DNA of 41,672 nucleotides from positions 1 to 41,672 of the IMG/VR virus record IMGVR_UViG_3300011439_000006. One strand, written 5' to 3'. The position numbers and the translations under genes are program-made. A model generated the notes under the pieces. It worked only from the letters and a program-made list of their open reading frames with translations, did no database searches and was not told the DNA's origin. The stretch's first letter is position 1. Each line of letters begins with the position of its first letter. Source of the stretch: a virus. Taxonomy: Duplodnaviria; Caudoviricetes. Positions 9,375 through 16,447 of the stretch are shown one piece after another.

Positions 9375-10033
9375 GCGCGACGACCAGCGGCGACGTGCGC
9401 ACCGTCCGGCCGGACACCGGGGCCGTGCTGGTCAACGGCGTGGCCGCCCCGCTGGAGGGCATCTCCCGCTGGGATCCCCTCCAGGGCGGCTGGGGTTTTC
9501 TGACCTGGACCGGGTCCGTGTTCCACCCCGGCATGGACCTCAACGCCGGCAGCGGGGGCAATGCCGACTGCGGCAAGCGGGTCTACGCCCCGTGCGCGGG
9601 GACGGTCCTGGCCGCCCTGCCCTGGGACGGCTGGACGACCGGGGAAGGCAACCACCTCTGGGTCGCGCTGGACGACCCGGTGGCCGTGGCCCCGGCGTGG
9701 CTGCACGTGATGCACCTGCAGGAGTTCCGGGCGCAGGTGGGGCAGCGGGTGGGCGCCGGCGACGTGCTGGGGCTGTGCGGCCGGACGGGCAACTGGGACT
9801 GGTGCCACGCCCACACCGAGCTGACCCGGCACGACCCCCAGGGCAACTGGTGGCTGTGGCCCAGCGGGTGGAGCCGGGAGGCGGTGGCCGCGGCGTGGTT
9901 CGACCCCTTCTGGTGGTGGACCGAGACGGTCAAGCGGGGCGCGGCGGTGGCGCCGGTGCCGCCCCCGGTGCTGACGCCGCTGACCCGCGCCTACTTCGAG
10001 ATGCTGAGCTGGGAAGAACCGGCGGCCGCGTAG
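9371..10033 (+). CDS. Endolysin, M23 family peptidase
   Basis: FHPGMDLN (HxxxD), YAPCAGTV, GNHLWV, MHL, VGQRVGAGDVLGLCGRTG, HAH (HxH). Confidence 0.9.
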   Translation: MSATTSGDVRTVRPDTGAVLVNGVAAPLEGISRWDPLQGGWGFLTWTGSVFHPGMDLNAGSGGNADCGKRVYAPCAGTVLAALPWDGWTTGEGNHLWVALDDPVAVAPAWLHVMHLQEFRAQVGQRVGAGDVLGLCGRTGNWDWCHAHTELTRHDPQGNWWLWPSGWSREAVAAAWFDPFWWWTETVKRGAAVAPVPPPVLTPLTRAYFEMLSWEEPAAA

Positions 10034-10051
10034 GCACGAGGAGGACCCCCG

Positions 10052-10315
10052 ATGGCCGAGCAGGCGCTCTCAGACGCGGAATTGGCCTACGAGTACGCCC
10101 CGGCCAAGTGGGGCGCGTTGATGCCGGACATCAACGACCTGCCCTACGAGGCCTGGCCGGGGATCTTCAAGAGCTGGCTGGACGAGACGAGGGCGGGGCG
10201 CCAGCGGGGCACCCCCCTGGCCGGGGAGCAGCCCCTGCGCAGCGGCGGGGTGTGGCAGCCCTTCCAGTTCGGGGACGCCTTCTTCAAGGACGGCGCCTGC
10301 GGTTGGCGTGGTTAG
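10052..10315 (+). CDS. Small protein with one LGFP-like cell-wall repeat
   Basis: GAGGAGG RBS; IFKSW...GTPLAGEQPLRSGGVWQPFQFG resembles the LGFP-repeat pattern. Confidence 0.6.
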   Translation: MAEQALSDAELAYEYAPAKWGALMPDINDLPYEAWPGIFKSWLDETRAGRQRGTPLAGEQPLRSGGVWQPFQFGDAFFKDGACGWRG

Positions 10316-10336
10316 CTGAGAGAGGGGGGGCGAACG

Positions 10337-10483
10337 ATGCCCAGCATCCACTTCATCCTGCTGCTCATCGCGGCCATCCTGGCTGGGATCGCGGCGGTGT
10401 ACGTGCCCGCCTCGCCGCCGCGGTTCAGCCTGCTGGCGGCGGCCGTGTGTTTCCTGGCGCTGGCGTTCTTGTTCCCTGGCTAG
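10337..10483 (+). CDS. Putative holin (48 aa, two TM helices)
   Basis: MPSIHFILLLIAAILAGIAAVYVPASPPRFSLLAAAVCFLALAFLFPG; below the ORF-track cutoff; in the lysis cassette. Confidence 0.7.
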   Translation: MPSIHFILLLIAAILAGIAAVYVPASPPRFSLLAAAVCFLALAFLFPG

Positions 10484-10485
10484 CG

Positions 10486-11835
10486 GTGCGCCCGCATCCG
10501 GCGAAGCCGTGGACGGTCGCCGGGTTCGCCCTCGGGGTGCTGGGGGCGCTGCTCTTCCTGCGCGCCTGCGGCCCCACCGCCTGGGGCCAGGGCACGATCA
10601 CGCTGTGCCACTTCAATGGGGCCAACGCCAGCCCGGTCTACACCCAGCTCACGTTTTCGCTGGACGACCCCGCCCGTCTGCCCCACGTGAACAACCCCGC
10701 CGACCTGGTGCCCGCGCCCCCCGGCGGGTGCCCCGCTTCCCCCCAGACGCGGACGCCGGTACCCTCGCCCACATGGACAGCGACCAACACGCCGACGCCC
10801 AGCACGACGCCAACCCCGTCTTCGACCCCGAGTCCATCCCCAACGTCGCCCTCCACCGCGGTGATGTTCTCGTCGTTGACCCCTTCAGCCACGGGCGTTA
10901 CGAGTACCGCCTCTTCGACGCCTACCAGCGCCACCTCGCCACCCTCGTCGGTGACCACAACAGCGACGGCCACTTCGTCATCGACACCATCCAACACATC
11001 GGGCGGGGCCGTGAACTGCTGCCCCTTCGTCGCCAACCCCAGCCGGACGCCTACACCCAGCCCCTCACCGTCGCCAACGCCTACGCTGCCACCATCACCG
11101 TTTCCGTCCCCCTCCCCTCCGATGGCCCCTACGAGTACCGCCTCGCCCACCACCACTCCCACGCCCACGCCGGAGACGCCGACGGCGCCCTCCCCCACGC
11201 CCACGACCACGCCCACAGCGGCGCCGACGCCCACCGAGCCGGGCAGTACGGCCACGGGCGAGACCCCCACGCCCACCGGCACTGAAGCGCCGCCCTGGGC
11301 GGCCTTCGAGGCGACTGGTCGCCCGCCCGCTCCCCCGGAGGCCCCGCATGACGACGTCGGACCGGACCCGCGACCCGCTGAACCTGGGCCCCCGGCTGCG
11401 CCACCCGTCGTCACCGTCCTCGTCCCCGGTCCCCCCCAGCTCCTCCCCGCCATCACCGTCGTCCCCCCGCCCGTCATCACCCGAGTCACCCAAGTCACCC
11501 AGGTCACCGCGATCCAGACCGTCCTCGTTACGGTCGTCGTTCCGGCGCTGGCGCCGGCGCCACCTGCTGTGGGAGGCGAAGGTGGGGCGGTGGGTGTACC
11601 GCCGGCTGCCGATCCTGGGGGCGATCCCCGCACCCCAACTCCCCCCGGAGGTGGAGGTGCTGGCCCTGCGGGTGCTGGTGGTGGCCCTGCTGGCCCTGCT
11701 GGTGGTGGAGACGGTGGTGCTGGTGCTGACGGCCCCGGTGGCCTCCCCCGCTCCGTAGAGGCCCTGCTGCTGGGCGCCTCGGCGATGCTGGGCCTGGCGC
11801 TGGGCCTCCTGCGGGTGGCGACGGAGCGCCGATGA
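10486..11835 (+). CDS. Secreted/membrane-anchored Ser/Thr/Pro-rich protein with hydrophobic segments at both ends
   Basis: N-terminal signal/TM, ITLCH...DLVPAPPGGCP domain, long STP linker, C-terminal LPRSV + TM + basic tail; stop overlaps next ATG. Confidence 0.7.
   Translation: MRPHPAKPWTVAGFALGVLGALLFLRACGPTAWGQGTITLCHFNGANASPVYTQLTFSLDDPARLPHVNNPADLVPAPPGGCPASPQTRTPVPSPTWTATNTPTPSTTPTPSSTPSPSPTSPSTAVMFSSLTPSATGVTSTASSTPTSATSPPSSVTTTATATSSSTPSNTSGGAVNCCPFVANPSRTPTPSPSPSPTPTLPPSPFPSPSPPMAPTSTASPTTTPTPTPETPTAPSPTPTTTPTAAPTPTEPGSTATGETPTPTGTEAPPWAAFEATGRPPAPPEAPHDDVGPDPRPAEPGPPAAPPVVTVLVPGPPQLLPAITVVPPPVITRVTQVTQVTAIQTVLVTVVVPALAPAPPAVGGEGGAVGVPPAADPGGDPRTPTPPGGGGAGPAGAGGGPAGPAGGGDGGAGADGPGGLPRSVEALLLGASAMLGLALGLLRVATERR
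10773..11285 (+). CDS. Candidate overprinted gene A (170 aa, His-rich tail) nested in 10486-11835
   Basis: Open frame with mostly C/G-ending codons and globular-looking sequence; no clear RBS. Confidence 0.4.
   Translation: MDSDQHADAQHDANPVFDPESIPNVALHRGDVLVVDPFSHGRYEYRLFDAYQRHLATLVGDHNSDGHFVIDTIQHIGRGRELLPLRRQPQPDAYTQPLTVANAYAATITVSVPLPSDGPYEYRLAHHHSHAHAGDADGALPHAHDHAHSGADAHRAGQYGHGRDPHAHRH
11348..11758 (+). CDS. Overprinted gene B (136 aa, basic region + single TM helix) nested in 10486-11835
   Basis: GGAGG 11337-11341, 6 nt before ATG; genome-typical gtg/ctg/gcc codons encode VLALRVLVVALLALLVVETVVLVL. Confidence 0.65.
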   Translation: MTTSDRTRDPLNLGPRLRHPSSPSSSPVPPSSSPPSPSSPRPSSPESPKSPRSPRSRPSSLRSSFRRWRRRHLLWEAKVGRWVYRRLPILGAIPAPQLPPEVEVLALRVLVVALLALLVVETVVLVLTAPVASPAP

Positions 11836-12218
11836 GCAGCGGCTCCGGTCCCGTCCCCATCCGCCCCGTGCCGCGCCCGCCGGTGACCCCGGGGACGTCG
11901 GAGCCGCCGGGGACGGTGACCGCGGTGGCGCCGCCCGGCGGGACGGCGACCGCGACCAGCGCCCCGAACCCGGCCCCGGCGCAGGCGGCGCTGGCGGTGT
12001 TCATCTTCCGCCAGATCATCGCGGTGCTCTTCCTGGGGGGCTGGTTGGTGCTCTTCGCGGGCGAGCTGCTAACCGGAGACTACACCCTCCCGTTGTGGTA
12101 CCACTGCTGCGCGGTGGGCGTCCTCGCCTACTCCTTGGGGATCAACGTCGCCGAGCTGACCGCGTTCCGGCCCCCCACCGTGGCCTCGGTGCTGCCCCGC
12201 GGGGGCCCCGAGCGATGA
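11832..12218 (+). CDS. Membrane protein, holin-like (two TM helices)
   Basis: IIAVLFLGGWLVLFAG and LWYHCCAVGVLAYSLGI; ATGA coupling. Confidence 0.65.
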   Translation: MSSGSGPVPIRPVPRPPVTPGTSEPPGTVTAVAPPGGTATATSAPNPAPAQAALAVFIFRQIIAVLFLGGWLVLFAGELLTGDYTLPLWYHCCAVGVLAYSLGINVAELTAFRPPTVASVLPRGGPER

Positions 12219-12327
12219 GGCGCCCCTTCCCCTTCCCAGGCTCCGCGCCCTTCGTGGAGAGCGGACCGCTGACCTCTTCCTCAGCAACTAGCACCCCCCC
12301 AACGTAGACCCGCACCTTGACCGCCAT
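12142..12327 (-). CDS. Small hypothetical protein, divergent from arc/int
   Basis: GGAGAGG upstream of ATG; MAVKVRVYVGGVLVAEEEV. Confidence 0.5.
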   Translation of the reverse strand: MAVKVRVYVGGVLVAEEEVSGPLSTKGAEPGKGKGRLIARGPRGAAPRPRWGAGTRSARRR

Positions 12328-12363
12328 TTCTGCGTTCCTCTCCAGGAGAGTATGTCATCTTTC

Positions 12364-12377
12364 TCTGGCGTTTGGTG
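12364..12377. repeat. 14-bp direct repeat TCTGGCGTTTGGTG (second copy 15229-15242)
   Basis: Exact match seen in both intergenic regions. Confidence 0.85.
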
Positions 12378-12442
12378 GGACAATCGCACCAATATGGTAC
12401 CATCTGGACAGACCGCTGCGAAAGCGGTACTACATTGGCACC

Positions 12443-12622
12443 ATGGAGCAACCCCGCACCGTGACCACGAACATCCGCTTTCCCGAAGATGTCCACGCAC
12501 AACTCGCCGAGGTAGCCAAGGAGCAACGGCGCAGCATCAACCAGGCCGTCGTCGTCGCCGTCGAGCGCTACATCCGGCAGATGAAGGCCAACCGGCAAAA
12601 AGGCGCCCAGGATGGTCGCTGA
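12443..12622 (+). CDS. Arc-like ribbon-helix-helix DNA-binding protein
   Basis: TNIRFPEDVHAQLAEVAKEQRRSINQAVVVAVERY; TACATT 6 nt before ATG suggests a leaderless mRNA. Confidence 0.85.
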   Translation: MEQPRTVTTNIRFPEDVHAQLAEVAKEQRRSINQAVVVAVERYIRQMKANRQKGAQDGR

Positions 12623-14549
12623 GCAGCACGGCGCGCCGATCTACCGCGCCGTCTGCCTCTACCCTCGGAAGAGTCCTGCGACTGGGCGCAAGGCCCGCAC
12701 CCAGGAGGAGATCAGCCTGGAGTACCAGGAGGAGCGCATGCGGGCGTGGTGCACGGAGGGGGGCCACACGGTGGCTGCCGTCCGCCCCGAGACGCACCAC
12801 CGCTACATGCTCAAGTCGCGCCCCGCCCTGCGCCAGGTGCTCGAGGAGTGCCGGCAGGGGCGCTACGACCTGGTGCTGGCCTACGACGTGACGCGGCTCT
12901 GCAGCAAGAGCAACGACTACGGCTGGATCGAGGTGGAGCTGCGCGACGCCGGCGTGCCGCTCCGCCTGGCCTTCGACGACGTGCCCGAGGGCCCCTTCTC
13001 CGGCGCCATCAAGAGCATGAAGGCGGACGGCTCCGGCGAGGAGGTCAAGCTGATCCGCCGGCGCACCAGCGAGGGCAAGGAGAAGCGGATGACCGCCAAG
13101 GGGCTGCCCCTGGCCCGCCCCGCCCCCTACGGCATGTGGTGGAACCACGAGGCCGAGCCCCGGCGCTTCCCCCGGGCCGACCAGCGCTACGCCTACTTGC
13201 TGCCCAAGCGCGACGACACGGCCGAGGTGATGCGCCGCGTCTACGGCGAGCTGGCCGCCGGCCGGGCCTCGCTGGGCACCCTGGTGCGGCAGCTGAACGC
13301 GGAGGGCGTGCCCGGCCCCCACGGGGGCGTCTGGCAGCGCAGCAGCCTGGGCTACCTCGCGCACAACCCGGCCTACTGCGGGCTGGAGGCCACGGGGCGC
13401 ACCCGCCGGCGCCTGCGGGGCCGGGGGGAGGCGGAGGAGTGGGTGCGGGAGCCGAGGGCCCCACAGGACTGGCGCGTGCTGGAGACCGTCCGCCACCGGC
13501 CCCTGGTGAGCCGGGACGTCTGGGAGGCCGCCCAGCGGGCCCTGGCCGGAAACACCCGGCGGGCCTCGTCGCCGGACTCGCTGGCGTCCCGGTGCCTGCT
13601 GGGGGGCGGACGGGCGACGTGCGCCGGGTGCGGGGGGCCCCTGTGGTCGGGCGGGCGGAGCGCCGTCTCGAAGGAGGGCGACGGGACGGCGCCGGTGGGG
13701 GTGTTGGTCACCTACTACCAGTGCGCCGGCAACCACGGCCACGCCCGGGACGGTGTGGCCGCCGGGGTGCGGGAGGCCTGCCCGGCCCCGGCGCACGTGC
13801 GGGCGGACGTGCTCGACCACGCCGTATGGCAGGCCGTGCTGGACTACCAGCCTGTCCGGCCCACGCCGGAGCGGAGCCGGCAGGCGGCGGACGACCGGGA
13901 GCGGCAGCGCAAGCGCCTGGTGGCGGAGCAGCGGAAGGTGGTGCGCGACCTGCGGGCGGGCGAGCAGCAGGTGCTGCACCTGACGGGCTACCGCCGGGCG
14001 GCGGCGGAGGCCAACAACGAAGCGTGGGCGGGGCGCCTGGCGCAGCTCGAGCGGGAACTGGACGAGCTGGCCGGCGCAGCGCGCGCGGACAAGAGCACGC
14101 ACGCGCGGGAGGTGGCCACGTTCCGGGCGCTGTCCGAGCACCGGGCCGACCTGCTGGCGTGCCGGCCGTGGGACACCGGCCGGGACAAGGACGAGGCTAT
14201 GCGGGCGCTGGTGGGGGCCCTGGACGTGCGGGCGCAGGTCGCGCGGGAGAAGGGGCCGAGCAAGACGCGGCCGGTGGCCTGGGCGCTCTCCGTGGCCGGG
14301 CACGTGGTGGCGGAGGGCGGGACGTCCCTGCGGGGACCGCAGCCGGGGACGCCCGGCCCCGGGGCCGGGCGGGGGGTGGCGGGAGTACGGGAGCGTACAG
14401 GACGACACCTGCGACTGGACACAACCGTAATCCCCGACCCGGCCGCCCTCGCCGCCGCCCTGGCCCGCCTCCGGGCCCACCAGGGCGACTGCCGGGCAAC
14501 GAGCTGCTCGCCTCGCAGCCTCCCTAGCCCAGCGTCCGCGGCTCGTTAA
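12612..14549 (+). CDS. int: Large serine recombinase (integrase)
   Basis: YPRKS catalytic motif, SLEYQ, RPALRQVL, PAPYG, NPAYCG, PLVSRDVWEAAQ, zinc ribbon CAGCG...YYQC...C, coiled coil. Confidence 0.92.
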   Translation: MVAEQHGAPIYRAVCLYPRKSPATGRKARTQEEISLEYQEERMRAWCTEGGHTVAAVRPETHHRYMLKSRPALRQVLEECRQGRYDLVLAYDVTRLCSKSNDYGWIEVELRDAGVPLRLAFDDVPEGPFSGAIKSMKADGSGEEVKLIRRRTSEGKEKRMTAKGLPLARPAPYGMWWNHEAEPRRFPRADQRYAYLLPKRDDTAEVMRRVYGELAAGRASLGTLVRQLNAEGVPGPHGGVWQRSSLGYLAHNPAYCGLEATGRTRRRLRGRGEAEEWVREPRAPQDWRVLETVRHRPLVSRDVWEAAQRALAGNTRRASSPDSLASRCLLGGGRATCAGCGGPLWSGGRSAVSKEGDGTAPVGVLVTYYQCAGNHGHARDGVAAGVREACPAPAHVRADVLDHAVWQAVLDYQPVRPTPERSRQAADDRERQRKRLVAEQRKVVRDLRAGEQQVLHLTGYRRAAAEANNEAWAGRLAQLERELDELAGAARADKSTHAREVATFRALSEHRADLLACRPWDTGRDKDEAMRALVGALDVRAQVAREKGPSKTRPVAWALSVAGHVVAEGGTSLRGPQPGTPGPGAGRGVAGVRERTGRHLRLDTTVIPDPAALAAALARLRAHQGDCRATSCSPRSLPSPASAAR

Positions 14550-15216
14550 GCACCACCACGCCCACCGCCAACACGGGGGCGTGGTGGCCCCCCACCCGGC
14601 GCAGCACGTCCTGCACGCCGGCCGGGCCGCCCAGGGCGGGGGCCCCGGCGGCCGCCGGCGCCTTCACCTCCACCGCCACCTCGCCCGTCGTGAGGTCAGG
14701 CCCGGGCGCCTCCGGCGCGACGCCCGCGCCGGGCTGGGCGCTCCGCTGGCTGTCCTGCGCCGCCCAGACGCCCCGGAGCAGGCCCTCGATCAGCCCCGCC
14801 AGGCTCATCGGCCCGGGGCCGCTCTGGGCCTGCGCTCCCGCTGCCCGGCCGCCGCCTCGGGTGCCGGGGCGGCCCAGCAGCGCCCCGGGGTTGGGGAACC
14901 CGAAGGTGTAGGACAGCGCGCAGGCCACCTCCGCGTCCGGCTGCTCCGTCTCCCCCCGCAGCAGCTTGGCCACCGTGGTGAGCGGGATCCCGGAGCGCTT
15001 GCTGAGCTCGCGCACGCTCCACCCCCGCTCCTCGCGCAGCGCGTCCACCGCCCGCCCGAACGCCGGGCCGTCCACCCGCAGCCGGGCCTGGGCCCGGTGG
15101 TAGGGCTTCGGCTCGCCGTCTTCCCCGCCGTACCCGTCCCCGTTGCCGTCCGCCTCTCCGTTCGCCACCGGCGCTTCTCCCGGTCGCGCGTCCTCGGCCT
15201 GCTCCCGAGTGGTCAT
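14524..15216 (-). CDS. XRE-family HTH repressor (probable immunity repressor)
   Basis: FGRAVDALREERGWSVRELSKRSGIPLTTVAKLLRGET; divergent from a Cro-like gene. Confidence 0.85.
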   Translation of the reverse strand: MTTREQAEDARPGEAPVANGEADGNGDGYGGEDGEPKPYHRAQARLRVDGPAFGRAVDALREERGWSVRELSKRSGIPLTTVAKLLRGETEQPDAEVACALSYTFGFPNPGALLGRPGTRGGGRAAGAQAQSGPGPMSLAGLIEGLLRGVWAAQDSQRSAQPGAGVAPEAPGPDLTTGEVAVEVKAPAAAGAPALGGPAGVQDVLRRVGGHHAPVLAVGVVVLNEPRTLG

Positions 15217-15247
15217 GCCCGCCCCCTGTCTGGCGTTTGGTGCGCTG

Positions 15248-15274
15248 CGTGGTGTGCCACTACGGCATAGCACG
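15248..15274. promoter_or_regulatory. Imperfect palindrome, candidate operator
   Basis: cgtggtgtgcc-actac-ggcatagcacg, 9/11 arm match, in the repressor/Cro intergenic region. Confidence 0.4.
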
Positions 15275-15366
15275 GATTGTCCTGGATGACAAGCGCCCCA
15301 GAGAGAGAGAACGGACGGGGTACGAAAACGATGCGCCTAACCTGGGACATCAAGCCACTAGGGGTC

Positions 15367-15396
15367 TTGACACACCGGACCAGCGGGGCGTACTCT
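15367..15396 (+). promoter_or_regulatory. Early lytic promoter (sigma70-like)
   Basis: TTGACA 15367-15372, 18 nt spacer, TACTCT 15391-15396. Confidence 0.65.
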
Positions 15397-15506
15397 CCCG
15401 GCACACTTCCTCCCCCGGAGACCCCGCGCTGCGCTCCGACCGGCCAACGCGGGTAGGGGGCCCCCCGGAGCGGGGGGGACGCGGATGGGCTGCGAGGGAC
15501 GGCTAC

Positions 15507-15887
15507 ATGGTGGGGGCGGCGGTCGCGGTCGAAACGGGGGCCGACGCGGGTCCGGTGGTGCGCCCGGCCCTGCGGGCGTGGAACACGGCGCACGAGCGGG
15601 AGCGCCGGCGGATGGGCCTCGTGACCCAGGACGCCTACGCGCAGTGGATCGGGGTCGACCCGGGCAACTGGAGCAAGTGGCGCCGGGGCCGGCGCCCGGT
15701 GCCCGGGCCCGAGGGGCGCCGGATCGCGGCGCTGCTGGTCCACGACCCGCGCTGGCCGGGGCTCTGGCTGAGGCTCGTGCAGGAGCAGGAGCTGCTGGCC
15801 CTGGAGGAAGAGCGCGCCGCCCCCGGGCCGCGCGCCCGGGGCCTGCGCCTGGTAGGGGCCGGGGAGCGTCCCCCCCTCCAGGGCTGA
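15507..15887 (+). CDS. Cro-like HTH protein
   Basis: TQDAYAQWIGVDPGNWSKWRRGRRPVP; first gene of the rightward early operon. Confidence 0.75.
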   Translation: MVGAAVAVETGADAGPVVRPALRAWNTAHERERRRMGLVTQDAYAQWIGVDPGNWSKWRRGRRPVPGPEGRRIAALLVHDPRWPGLWLRLVQEQELLALEEERAAPGPRARGLRLVGAGERPPLQG

Positions 15888-15957
15888 GCGGCTCGCCTCC
15901 GCGGGCCATGCCCGCGGTGCCGGTGAGGAGCGCTCCCGTCTGATCGGTCCGTCCCCC

Positions 15958-16416
15958 ATGCACCCCAGGAGGCAGCAGACGATGGCCGCGGCATGCCCAT
16001 CCGCACGCGAGCGAGGACGCCCCCGCGTGGTCGCCGTCCGGGAGCTCTCGGAAGAGGCCCGGGCCGCGGAGGCCATCTGGCGCCTGGTGATCGACGCCCA
16101 GCGCGACGACCTCGACCTCCTCCGCCGGCGCTGGCCCGACCGGGAGAGCGCGGAGAGCCGGGGGGCCATCGAGCGCCTCAAGCGCCGGGCGGCGGTCGGC
16201 GGGGACGCGGAGCAGGCCCTGGAGGCCGTGCACGCCGCCTACGGCGGGTGGGGCCGGGCCCCCCGCCACGTCAGCGAGCGCCTGGAGCGCTACGTGGAGG
16301 AGCAGCTCGGGCGTCGCCCGTGGCCGGAGCGCGACCTCGCCGAGCACACCGACGAGCCGGCGCTCGTACGCAAGCGCCGCCGGCAGCACCGAGTAGCACC
16401 GAGTAGCACCGAGTAG
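15958..16416 (+). CDS. Hypothetical protein
   Basis: G/C-ending codons; AGGAGG precedes an alternative in-frame ATG a few codons in. Confidence 0.6.
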   Translation: MHPRRQQTMAAACPSARERGRPRVVAVRELSEEARAAEAIWRLVIDAQRDDLDLLRRRWPDRESAESRGAIERLKRRAAVGGDAEQALEAVHAAYGGWGRAPRHVSERLERYVEEQLGRRPWPERDLAEHTDEPALVRKRRRQHRVAPSSTE

Positions 16417-16417
16417 C
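16385..16417. repeat. 10-bp tandem repeat (AGCACCGAGT)x3
   Basis: Directly visible. Confidence 0.9.
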
Positions 16418-16447
16418 CGAGAGCCGATGCGAGAGGAGCCCTGAGCC

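Noticed and set aside
9337-10485. N-terminal 383 codons of the 832-aa ORF
   Set aside because: Arg/Gly-rich off-frame overlap of endolysin and holin genes; the real start is most likely GTG 10486
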